Of a stretch of DNA of 32,000 nt, positions 17,778 through 24,954 are shown in pieces (within the stretch, counting starts at the first letter, position 1; every line of letters begins with the position of its first letter). Position numbers and translations under genes: made by a program. The notes under the pieces are model-generated. The model was not told the origin of the DNA and searched no databases. It saw only the letters and a list, made by a program, of their open reading frames with translations. The DNA is from an uncultured archaeon. Lineage in GTDB: Archaea; Micrarchaeota; Micrarchaeia; Micrarchaeales; CABMGC01. The stretch lies in NCBI GenBank assembly GCA_963704435.1, contig OY969902.1, forward strand, positions 570,001 to 602,000, in the 5' to 3' direction.

Positions 17778-18404
17778 ATGGTAGTCGAAAGGAAGTTTAT
17801 AGAGGACGCGATGATCAAGAACGAGATCTCCAAGTACCTGGAGAAGAACCTGAGCCGGGCTGGGTTCTCGAGGGTGGAGATACAGAAGACTCCGGTAATA
17901 ACAAGGATAACCGCCTACGTCACGAAGCCCGGAAGGGTGATAGGGAGGGGCGGCCAGACGATAGACGCGCTCACGCAGGACATAAAGCAGAAGTTCCACA
18001 TCGACAACCCGCAAATCAGCGTCGCGGAAGTGAAGAACGAGCTGCTGGAGCCTCGGCTGGTGGCCAGGCACATAGTGGGCGCCCTGGAGCGCGGAGCCGG
18101 CGCCAGGGGCCTTCTGCACTCGATGCTCAGGAACGTGGTCGAGGCTGGCGCGCTCGGCGCAGAGATAATCGCCAGCGGAAAGCTCGCGGCGAAGGGCGCG
18201 AAGGCCAGGACGATGAAGGTGAGGTTCGGCTACCTGCCCAAGGCCGGGGACACGGTCAAGCTGGTGCAGACCGCACACGTCGCAGCGTACCCGAAGTACG
18301 GGGCGATAGGCGTAACTGTGAGCATAGTGCTGCCCGGAACGAAGTTCCCTGACCGGGAGATGAAGAAGGTCGAGCTGCCCAAGGCGATAGAGGCGGCCAA
18401 GTAA
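17778..18404 (+). CDS. rps3: 30S ribosomal protein S3 (uS3)
   Basis: KH domain AYVTKPGRVIGRGGQTIDALTQDI, RHIVGALERGAGARGLLHSMLRNVVEAGALGAEIIASGKLAAKGAKARTMKVRFGYL. Confidence 0.96.
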   Translation: MVVERKFIEDAMIKNEISKYLEKNLSRAGFSRVEIQKTPVITRITAYVTKPGRVIGRGGQTIDALTQDIKQKFHIDNPQISVAEVKNELLEPRLVARHIVGALERGAGARGLLHSMLRNVVEAGALGAEIIASGKLAAKGAKARTMKVRFGYLPKAGDTVKLVQTAHVAAYPKYGAIGVTVSIVLPGTKFPDREMKKVELPKAIEAAK

Positions 18405-18416
18405 TGAATATATATC
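18405..18416 (+). promoter_or_regulatory. Possible internal TATA-like element for rpl29-SUI1
   Basis: AATATATATCTGG about 25 nt before the rpl29 ATG at 18437. Confidence 0.4.
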
Positions 18417-18436
18417 TGGAAGGGGAATAGCTGGTT

Positions 18437-18649
18437 ATGCACACAAGGGACCTCAGGGAAATGAGCAGCGATGCGCTGCGCGGAAGGCTGCAGCAGCTGG
18501 ACATGGACCTTGCGATAGAGAGGAGGAAGATAGCGGCCACGGGAACGGCGAGCAAGAAGGTCAAGGTCAGGGAGCTGCGCAGGACCAAGGCCAAGATACT
18601 CACGCTGCTAAACGAGAGAGGAGGAAGGGAAGGAGGTGCGAAAGCTTAA
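18437..18649 (+). CDS. rpl29: 50S ribosomal protein L29 (uL29)
   Basis: RDLREMSSDALRGRLQQLDMDLAIERRKIA...KVRELRRTKAKILTLLNER, plus synteny. Confidence 0.92.
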   Translation: MHTRDLREMSSDALRGRLQQLDMDLAIERRKIAATGTASKKVKVRELRRTKAKILTLLNERGGREGGAKA

Positions 18650-18954
18650 TGCCTGACATGTGCCCTCGATGCGGGCTTCCAAAGGAGCTCTGCGTCTGCG
18701 ACATCCTCGACAGGGAGGCGACCAAGAGGATAAAGGTGTACAAGACCAAGGCCAAGTTCAGCAAGTTCGTGACGATAGTCGAGGGGCTCACCGGAGACGA
18801 GCTAGAGAGGACTGCGAAGCAGCTCAAGAGCAAGCTCGCCTGCGGCGGGACATACAAGAAGGGGCTCATCGAGCTCCAGGGGGACCACATCGACTCGGTC
18901 AAGGCGGAGCTGATGGAGCTGGGCTTCCCCGAGAGCAGCATAGACGTGGTCTGA
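18649..18954 (+). CDS. SUI1-family translation initiation factor aIF-1
   Basis: CPRCGLPKELCVCD, VTIVEGL, LKSKLACGGTYKKGLIELQGDHID. Confidence 0.95.
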   Translation: MPDMCPRCGLPKELCVCDILDREATKRIKVYKTKAKFSKFVTIVEGLTGDELERTAKQLKSKLACGGTYKKGLIELQGDHIDSVKAELMELGFPESSIDVV

Positions 18955-19089
18955 TCCTCATTTCTGCGGCTCACCGCCCTTGAGCTAGCGAAGGTATTAA
19001 AAATATAAAGCAGCAAATACAATTGCTAATTAAGTGACCTTCTTGTCGGAGGCAGGCCTGCTTATCATGCTCGTAATCTGAGTGGTGCA

Positions 19090-19785
19090 ATGTATCCAAA
19101 CATCCAAGCGTATGACAGAGGAGTAATGTTCAACCCCGACGGAAGGCTGTTCCAGGTGGAATACGCCAAGGAGGCAGTGAGGCGTGGAGGCACCGTCATA
19201 GGGATGGTCACCAAGGACGGCGTGGTCTTCGTCGCGCACAAGAACATAGACGAGCCGCTTGCCGTGTTGACGAGCATGCAGAAGGTCCACAAGATCGACT
19301 CGCACATAGGCGCGGCCTTCAGCGGCCTGCAGGCGGACGGCCTTCACCTCATCGACCTCGCCCGCTCCAGCGCGCAGTCGCACAGGATGGTCTACGAGGA
19401 GGTCAAGTCTGTCGAGTCAATCGCGAAGGACATCGCGTCCTACATGCTCCAGGCGACGCTCTACGGCGGCATAAGGCCGTACGGGGTCTCGCTGCTGCTC
19501 GGCGGAATAGACACCGCGCCAAGGCTTTTCGAAGTGGAGCCTGGCGCATCGCTGCTGGGCTACAAGGCCGACGCCATCGGGGTCGGGAAGAAGATAGCCA
19601 CGGAGATGCTGGTCCGCGAGTACAAGGACGGCGTGGCCGTGGACGACGCCATCACGCTCGGGGTCAAGATACTCAAGAAGGTGAACGAGGGGAAGCTCGA
19701 CAGCGATCACGTGGACATAGGCGTCATCGAGGAAGGTGAGGAGTTCGCGCTGCTCGCTCCGCAGGAAGTAGCAAAGCACTTCTGA
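19090..19785 (+). CDS. psmA: Proteasome alpha subunit
   Basis: YDRGVMFNPDGRLFQVEYAKEAVRRGGTVIGM, GGIRPYGVSLLLGGID. Confidence 0.96.
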   Translation: MYPNIQAYDRGVMFNPDGRLFQVEYAKEAVRRGGTVIGMVTKDGVVFVAHKNIDEPLAVLTSMQKVHKIDSHIGAAFSGLQADGLHLIDLARSSAQSHRMVYEEVKSVESIAKDIASYMLQATLYGGIRPYGVSLLLGGIDTAPRLFEVEPGASLLGYKADAIGVGKKIATEMLVREYKDGVAVDDAITLGVKILKKVNEGKLDSDHVDIGVIEEGEEFALLAPQEVAKHF

Positions 19786-19795
19786 TTGTGAATCT

Positions 19796-20482
19796 ATGTC
19801 GAAGACAGTCATCGCAAAATACTCTGTAGCGGGGGAGAATTTCGAAATACTCGTAGACTCCGACAAGGCCTACGACTTCATAACCGGCAAGGTAGCCAGC
19901 CCGCTGCCTGCCCTCGACACCGAGGAGATATTCAAGGACGCGAACAAGGGGGACAGGCAGAGCCAGGACAAGATACTCAAGGCGTTCGGGACGTCCGACG
20001 TCGAGAAGATCGCCGCGATCATACTCAAGAAGGGCCTTGTGCCGCTCACGACGGAGCAGCGGAACAAGCTCCAGGAGGAGAAGCGCAAGCAGATAGTGAA
20101 CATAATCGCGACCAACGCGATGGACCCGAGGACGAAGGCGCCCCACCCGGCGCAGAGGATTGAGCTGGCGATGAAGGAGGCGCGGGTCACGATCGACCCG
20201 TTCAAGCAGGCGAACGAGCAGGTGGACGAGATAGTCAAGAAGCTCTCGACGCACCTGCCAATAAAGTTCGCCGTGGTGAAGGTCGAGGTCACGATACCTG
20301 CCCAGTACGCCAACAGGAGCTACGGTACCCTCAAGCAGTACGGCATGAAGTCCGAGAAGTGGCTGTCCGACGGATCGCTGAGCGCGACCCTGGAGTTCCC
20401 TGCGGGCCTGCAGAGCGAGTTCATGGACAAGATAAACGGGGCCACGAAGGGCCTGGCGGTTGCGAAGATAATAGGTGTGTGA
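19796..20482 (+). CDS. Ribosome maturation protein SDO1/SBDS homolog
   Basis: FEILVDSDKAYDFITGK, EIFKDANKGDRQSQDKILKAFGTSDVEKIA, PHPAQRIELAMKEARVTIDPFK. Confidence 0.96.
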   Translation: MSKTVIAKYSVAGENFEILVDSDKAYDFITGKVASPLPALDTEEIFKDANKGDRQSQDKILKAFGTSDVEKIAAIILKKGLVPLTTEQRNKLQEEKRKQIVNIIATNAMDPRTKAPHPAQRIELAMKEARVTIDPFKQANEQVDEIVKKLSTHLPIKFAVVKVEVTIPAQYANRSYGTLKQYGMKSEKWLSDGSLSATLEFPAGLQSEFMDKINGATKGLAVAKIIGV

Positions 20483-20485
20483 GTT

Positions 20486-21103
20486 ATGTCGATAGTAGTT
20501 TTGCCCGGTGACAAGCTGGCCGACAGGCAGCTGCACGTGGAGGGCGCGCTGGTCGAGGACGGGAAGACCTACGCGACGGTGATGGGGCTGTTCGACGCGG
20601 CCAGGGAGTCCTTCATACCTCTGGAGAGCGTGTGGTACCCGAAGATGGAGGACCAGGTGATAGGCGCGGTCGAGGACGCGAGGAACGGTGTCTACACAAT
20701 AAACCTGAACTCGCCGTTCAAGGGCCTCATAATATCGAGGCACGGCCCGGGCCCGGAGCTGTATGTGGGCGACGTCATCAGCGCGATAGTGAGGAGCGTG
20801 AAGAGGGAGAGCGACAAGGTGATGCTCATACTTGTGAGGCCCAGGAAGCTCTACGGCGGGAAGGCCATCGCAGTGAGGCCGTCGAAGGTGCTGAGGGTCA
20901 TAGGAAAGTCCAACACGATGCTCAAGCTGCTGACGGACGGGACGAAGAGCACGATAGACATAGGGATAAACGGAGTCGTCTGGCTCAAGGGGGGCGACGT
21001 GCAGCTCGCGGTCAGCGCCATAGCGCGCATACAGGACGAGGCCCACATAGCCGGGCTTACCGAGAGGATAACTGCAATGATGCCGAAGGGTGATGGTCGA
21101 TGA
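20486..21103 (+). CDS. rrp4: Exosome RNA-binding subunit Rrp4
   Basis: VVLPGDKLAD, KH-like VLRVIGKSNTMLKLL...DIGINGVVWLKG, plus synteny. Confidence 0.93.
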   Translation: MSIVVLPGDKLADRQLHVEGALVEDGKTYATVMGLFDAARESFIPLESVWYPKMEDQVIGAVEDARNGVYTINLNSPFKGLIISRHGPGPELYVGDVISAIVRSVKRESDKVMLILVRPRKLYGGKAIAVRPSKVLRVIGKSNTMLKLLTDGTKSTIDIGINGVVWLKGGDVQLAVSAIARIQDEAHIAGLTERITAMMPKGDGR

Positions 21104-21849
21104 AAAAGGATGCTCAACCGCTGATGTCGAACGGAAAGAGGAATGACGGCAGGGGGCCGAACGATCTCAGGAAAATAACGATAGAGACGGGCGTGATCAG
21201 GAATGCGGAAGGCTCCGCCCACCTGAAGTGGGGAAGCAACGAGGTCATCGCCGCGGTCTACGGCCCGAAGGAGGCGCTGCCCAGGCACTTCGCGAATCCG
21301 GAAAGGGCGATAATAAAGTGCAGGTACGTCATGGCGCCGTTCTCCTCGCTGGAGGAGCACGGCAGGTCCGGATTGAACAGGAGGGCCACGGAGATATCGA
21401 AGGTCACGAAGGAGGTCTTCGAGAACGCCGTGATGCTCGATCGCTTCCCGGGATGCGAGATCGACATATTCATAGAGATACTGCAGAGCGACGGGGGCAC
21501 GCGCTCGGCCGGCATAACCGCCGCAGCCGTGGCGCTGGCGAGCAGCGGAATCCCGATGCGCGACATACCATATGCCGTTTCGGTCGGGAAGTCGGGGGAG
21601 CACATGGTGCTCGACCTCAACAAGCTCGAGGACACGACCACATCCGAGGCGGACATGCCCGTCGCGATAAGCCCGAGGACAGGAGACATCCTGCTGCTCC
21701 AGATGGACGGATCGTTCACCGTGGGCGAGTTCAAGAGGGGGATGGCGATGGTCAGGGAGGCGGGCGCCGAGATTGTCCAGATTCAGAGGGCCGCGCTGGA
21801 GCGGAAGTACGGGAAGGAACGAGATGGTAATCATGCAGATGAAAACTAG
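21100..21849 (+). CDS. rrp41: Exosome catalytic subunit Rrp41
   Basis: RNDGRGPNDLRKITIETGVIRNAEGSAHLKWGSNEVIAAVYGP, IFIEILQSDGGTRSAGITAAAVALA, EDTTTSEADMPVA. Confidence 0.96.
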   Translation: MKKDAQPLMSNGKRNDGRGPNDLRKITIETGVIRNAEGSAHLKWGSNEVIAAVYGPKEALPRHFANPERAIIKCRYVMAPFSSLEEHGRSGLNRRATEISKVTKEVFENAVMLDRFPGCEIDIFIEILQSDGGTRSAGITAAAVALASSGIPMRDIPYAVSVGKSGEHMVLDLNKLEDTTTSEADMPVAISPRTGDILLLQMDGSFTVGEFKRGMAMVREAGAEIVQIQRAALERKYGKERDGNHADEN

Positions 21850-22618
21850 CAATGAAGAGTACATGAGGGAGCTGCTCAGCCGCGGCGCGAGGGAGCAGGG
21901 CAGGCCGTTCCTCGACTACAGGAAGATAGACCTCAGGGCGCGAGTCCTCCCGCAGGCCGAGGGTTCGGCCGTGGTGACCATAGGCAATACGAAGGTGCTG
22001 ACCGGGGTGAAGCTGGCCGTGGGTGAGCCGATGAAGGACAAGCCGTACGAGAGCTCGCTCATAACGTCGGCGGAGCTCCTTCCGCTCGCGTCCAGCGACT
22101 ACGAGCCGGGACCGCCAAGCCCCAGCGCAGTGGAGTTCGCCAGGGTGGTGGACAGGGGCATAAGGGCCGCGGGCGTCATAGATTCCGAGTCGATGGTCAT
22201 AGAGGAGGGCAAGGTGTGGAACATCTACGTCGACATATACGTATTGAACTTCGACGGCAACCTCTTTGATGCGGGGACGCTGTCAGGAGTCGCCGCGCTC
22301 CTTACCGCCAAGCAGCCGCTGTATGAGGACGGGGAGGTGGTGAGGGACAGCAGGATGGGCAAGCTCAAGACGAAGGGCATCGTTACGTCCTGCACTTTCG
22401 CGAAGATCGGAGACAAGCTGCTCCTCGATCCAGACAGCGAGGAGGAGAGGGCCATGTCCTCGAGGCTGACGATAGCCAACGACCCCGACGTGATAAGGGC
22501 GATGCAGAAGGGCCTCAGCGGATCATTCTCGCTGGCGGAGGTAGAGAAGGCGATAGACATAACTTTTGAAAAGTCGAAAGATCTGAGGAGCATCATTAGC
22601 AGAGCAATTGGTGATTGA
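21824..22618 (+). CDS. rrp42: Exosome subunit Rrp42
   Basis: RPFLDYRKIDLRARVLPQAEGSAVVTIGNTKVLTGVKLAVGEP, NIYVDIYVLNFDGNLFDAGTLSGVAALL; start could be 21824, 21833 or 21839. Confidence 0.93.
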   Translation: MVIMQMKTSNEEYMRELLSRGAREQGRPFLDYRKIDLRARVLPQAEGSAVVTIGNTKVLTGVKLAVGEPMKDKPYESSLITSAELLPLASSDYEPGPPSPSAVEFARVVDRGIRAAGVIDSESMVIEEGKVWNIYVDIYVLNFDGNLFDAGTLSGVAALLTAKQPLYEDGEVVRDSRMGKLKTKGIVTSCTFAKIGDKLLLDPDSEEERAMSSRLTIANDPDVIRAMQKGLSGSFSLAEVEKAIDITFEKSKDLRSIISRAIGD

Positions 22619-22619
22619 A

Positions 22620-22862
22620 TTGGTGAACTGGAGCGTAAGATACGGAGCGAATCTCAGGAAGAGGTACCTGGCGGTGGCCAAGGACAAGAAGGCGCTGTAC
22701 AAGTGCGAAGTCTGCGGCAAGGACTCCGTCAAGAGGATCAGCACGGGCATCTGGAAGTGCAAGAGCTGCGGGGCGGTGTTCGCTGGAGGCGCGTACACCC
22801 TCAAGACCGAGGCGGGCAGGGTCGCCGAGAGGACGATCAGCCAGAACCAGAGGTCGGGCTGA
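22620..22862 (+). CDS. rpl37ae: 50S ribosomal protein L37Ae (eL43)
   Basis: RYGANLRKRY, zinc ribbon YKCEVCGKDSVKRISTGIWKCKSCGAVFAGGAYTL; GTG/TTG start around 22608-22620. Confidence 0.92.
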   Translation: MVNWSVRYGANLRKRYLAVAKDKKALYKCEVCGKDSVKRISTGIWKCKSCGAVFAGGAYTLKTEAGRVAERTISQNQRSG

Positions 22863-23242
22863 TGGTCAGGATATCCTTTTCTCCGGCCGAAGAGCTCGTC
22901 GTCCACGAGGTCGTAGAGATGGGAAAGGAGGTGCTTCTTCTGGAGAGGATAACCCCTGCGGGCAATATGCCGCTCTACTGGTGCGGCGGGATAGTCTTCA
23001 GCTTCTCCTCGATCCCGATGACGGACGAGGTGGTAAAGGAGTACCTGAAGGGAAGGATACACTGGGCCGAGGTCCATTTCGCGAGGCTGGAGAAGTACGT
23101 TCCCGTGATCACTTTCGAGTCCGATGAGTACAAATCGACGATGAGCGTCAGGGTTATAGACACCAGCTCCTCGCTGCTGCACCGGGAGTTCGTCAGCTGG
23201 CTGAAGGAGAACGCGAAGAAGGGACCTGCTAAGAACAAATGA
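22862..23242 (+). CDS. Hypothetical protein in the exosome superoperon (between rpl37ae and rpoP)
   Basis: ATG overlaps the rpl37ae stop; 126 aa beginning MVRISFSPAEELVVHEVVEMGKEVLLLERIT; no domain recognised. Confidence 0.65.
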   Translation: MVRISFSPAEELVVHEVVEMGKEVLLLERITPAGNMPLYWCGGIVFSFSSIPMTDEVVKEYLKGRIHWAEVHFARLEKYVPVITFESDEYKSTMSVRVIDTSSSLLHREFVSWLKENAKKGPAKNK

Positions 23243-23257
23243 TCAAGAGTTGATTTT

Positions 23258-23392
23258 ATGCCATACGTTTGTCTACACTGCAAGAGGGAAATAAAGACGC
23301 TGGAGAAGAATTTCGTCAGGTGCCCGTACTGCGGCTACAGGGTGCTTTCAAAAAAGAGGTCGTCGCTGGCGAAGGAAGTCTCAACCGACTGA
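23258..23392 (+). CDS. rpoP: DNA-directed RNA polymerase subunit P (Rpb12-like), 44 aa
   Basis: Hand translation MPYVCLHCKREIKTLEKNFVRCPYCGYRVLSKKRSSLAKEVSTD: CxxC...CxxC layout, size and synteny fit RpoP. Absent from the supplied ORF track. Confidence 0.88.
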   Translation: MPYVCLHCKREIKTLEKNFVRCPYCGYRVLSKKRSSLAKEVSTD

Positions 23393-23629
23393 TCCCTTTC
23401 CCCCCACGACTATCGTTTCGGATATCTTCTTCACTCTGTTGAATTCTACGCTGTTCTTGAACAGTTCCCTCGCTATCTCTATGGGCTTAGAGGAATCAAG
23501 CTTGCCAAGAAGCAGGTGCGAGACCATGCCCTGCTCAACGTCGAGGACGACCTCCCCAACCTCGCCTATCCAGTGGCCGGAGTTCGATATGACCCTCTTC
23601 CCGTAGAGCTCTGAAATGCGTATAGTCAT
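23381..23629 (-). CDS. PRC-barrel domain protein (second copy)
   Basis: RISELYGKRVISNSGHWIGEVGEVVLDVEQGMVSHLLLGKL. Confidence 0.8.
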   Translation of the reverse strand: MTIRISELYGKRVISNSGHWIGEVGEVVLDVEQGMVSHLLLGKLDSSKPIEIARELFKNSVEFNRVKKISETIVVGGKGSVG

Positions 23630-24184
23630 TCACTTACCCTGCTGCAATCTGGTTATCTTCTTGGAAGCAAAAATTCTTATTACGTACTCCTTCACTTCAT
23701 CCACGAACTCCCCCTCGTTGCCCTCCATCGCGCGCAGGTCGTCATCGCTGAAAAGCCCGGCCTGCCTTGAGATTAGCTTCTTCAGGTAGGAATCTGTCAT
23801 GGAATAGAACCTGCTGCCGCAGTTCCTGCACAGGAATATGGGAACCACGGGCACCCTGCCGATGTCCTTAGGATTTTTGAGGTCCAGCTCCCTTGCGATC
23901 TCGCCCTTGCATTTTGTGCACCTCGCGCCAACCCTTACTTTCTCGTAGGTTCCTGAATCCAAGAAGTCGGGCACTCCCGTGCCCTTGAGGTAGTCCCCTA
24001 GCGCCGCCTTCGCGTCCCCAGCGCGGCTGCAGAACTGATCGAGCACCTCCCCCGAGTCCTTGAACTCGGTGATCAGCGTGCCCATCCTGGTCTCTTCCGC
24101 CACGCAGAAGCACATCCCGTCTCCCGAAGGATAGTCGCAGGTCCTAAGCCTGCCGTCCCCGCTAACCCGCGTGTTAATCCTCAT
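23630..24184 (-). CDS. Hypothetical zinc-ribbon protein
   Basis: ARCTKCKGEIARELDL...IFLCRNCGSRFYS; stop directly abuts the PRC-barrel ATG. Start 24184 overlaps the histone-fold stop, so the tracked start 24325 is probably too long. Confidence 0.7.
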   Translation of the reverse strand: MRINTRVSGDGRLRTCDYPSGDGMCFCVAEETRMGTLITEFKDSGEVLDQFCSRAGDAKAALGDYLKGTGVPDFLDSGTYEKVRVGARCTKCKGEIARELDLKNPKDIGRVPVVPIFLCRNCGSRFYSMTDSYLKKLISRQAGLFSDDDLRAMEGNEGEFVDEVKEYVIRIFASKKITRLQQGK

Positions 24185-24386
24185 CCAACCCGACTTTGAG
24201 CACGTATTCCTCGATGTCCCCCTTCGTGACCCTGTCCCTGTTCTGGCGCCTCGCGTTCCCGACCGCGAATTTCGATATCGTCTTGGCCCGCTTCTCGAGG
24301 ATCCTCGCAAGCGCTTCAGCCCCATCGTCGCTTATGTTCGCCTTGAAGTACCTTTTTATCAGCTTCTTAATCGCCTGTTTTGGTAT
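24174..24386 (-). CDS. Archaeal histone-fold protein lacking an ATG/GTG/TTG start (ATA at 24386 most plausible)
   Basis: Hand translation (I/M)PKQAIKKLIKRYFKANISDDGAEALARILEKRAKTISKFAVGNARRQNRDRVTKGDIEEYVLKVGLDED: full helix-strand-helix histone pattern including an R-x-T/V-K-x-x-D-I-like motif. Absent from the ORF track. Confidence 0.75.
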   Translation of the reverse strand: MPKQAIKKLIKRYFKANISDDGAEALARILEKRAKTISKFAVGNARRQNRDRVTKGDIEEYVLKVGLDED

Positions 24387-24406
24387 GCTCGCCGTGCAAA
24401 CACCAT

Positions 24407-24455
24407 TCAGAACTCAAGATCTTCATCATATTTTGTCAGAAGATGGATTCATCAC
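24407..24455 (-). ncRNA. Candidate C/D-box sRNA (2'-O-methylation guide)
   Basis: Minus strand: C GTGATGA, 9 nt ATCCATCTT, D' CTGA, 6 nt CAAAAT, C' ATGATGA, 12 nt AGATCTTGAGTT, D CTGA; TATA-like ATTAAAGTAT about 25 nt upstream of box C. Confidence 0.65.
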
Positions 24456-24472
24456 TGTCATACTGCTGCGTT

Positions 24473-24484
24473 GATACTTTAATA
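24473..24484 (-). promoter_or_regulatory. TATA-like box GTATTAAAGTAT preceding the sRNA candidate and histone-fold gene
   Basis: Spacing of about 22-28 nt to box C, consistent with an archaeal transcription start there. Confidence 0.5.
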
Positions 24485-24565
24485 CCTTCCTGCGCGGCCG
24501 GAAGCTACCAAAAGTAAAACGCGCATGGGTTAAGAATATATACCTGTAACGGCTCATAAGCCCTG

Positions 24566-24892
24566 ATGATTTTCATGGTGACTGAAGTTGACGACGGCAA
24601 TTTCAAGAAGGAGGTCCTGAGCTCGAAGCTTCCTGTTATAGTCGATTTCTGGGCGTCGTGGTGCGGGCCGTGCAGGATGTTCTCCCCGATACTCGAAGAG
24701 GTCTCGAAGGACTATTCTAGCAAGGTCAAGTTCTGCAAGCTCAACACGGACGAGAGCAACAAGATAGCGTCGGAGTACAACATCATGAGCATACCCACGG
24801 TGCTGCTGTTCGAGGGCGGGGAGGTCAAGGCGATGTCCGTCGGAGCGATACAGAAAAGCGCCTTCAAGGAGTGGATTGACAGCAACCTGTAG
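24566..24892 (+). CDS. trx: Thioredoxin
   Basis: VIVDFWASWCGPCRMFSPILEEV, NIMSIPTVLLFEGG. Confidence 0.95.
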   Translation: MIFMVTEVDDGNFKKEVLSSKLPVIVDFWASWCGPCRMFSPILEEVSKDYSSKVKFCKLNTDESNKIASEYNIMSIPTVLLFEGGEVKAMSVGAIQKSAFKEWIDSNL

Positions 24893-24954
24893 GCCAGCTT
24901 CTCCTCTGGAATCAGATAGGTCTTTATTGCTATTCGGACATAGGTAATGGCATA

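Noticed and set aside
24553-24575. Possible second C/D-box element near the thioredoxin start (CTGATGA-12 nt-CTGA)
   Set aside because: Box C has C instead of a purine, there is no C'/D' pair, and the region is the thioredoxin start.
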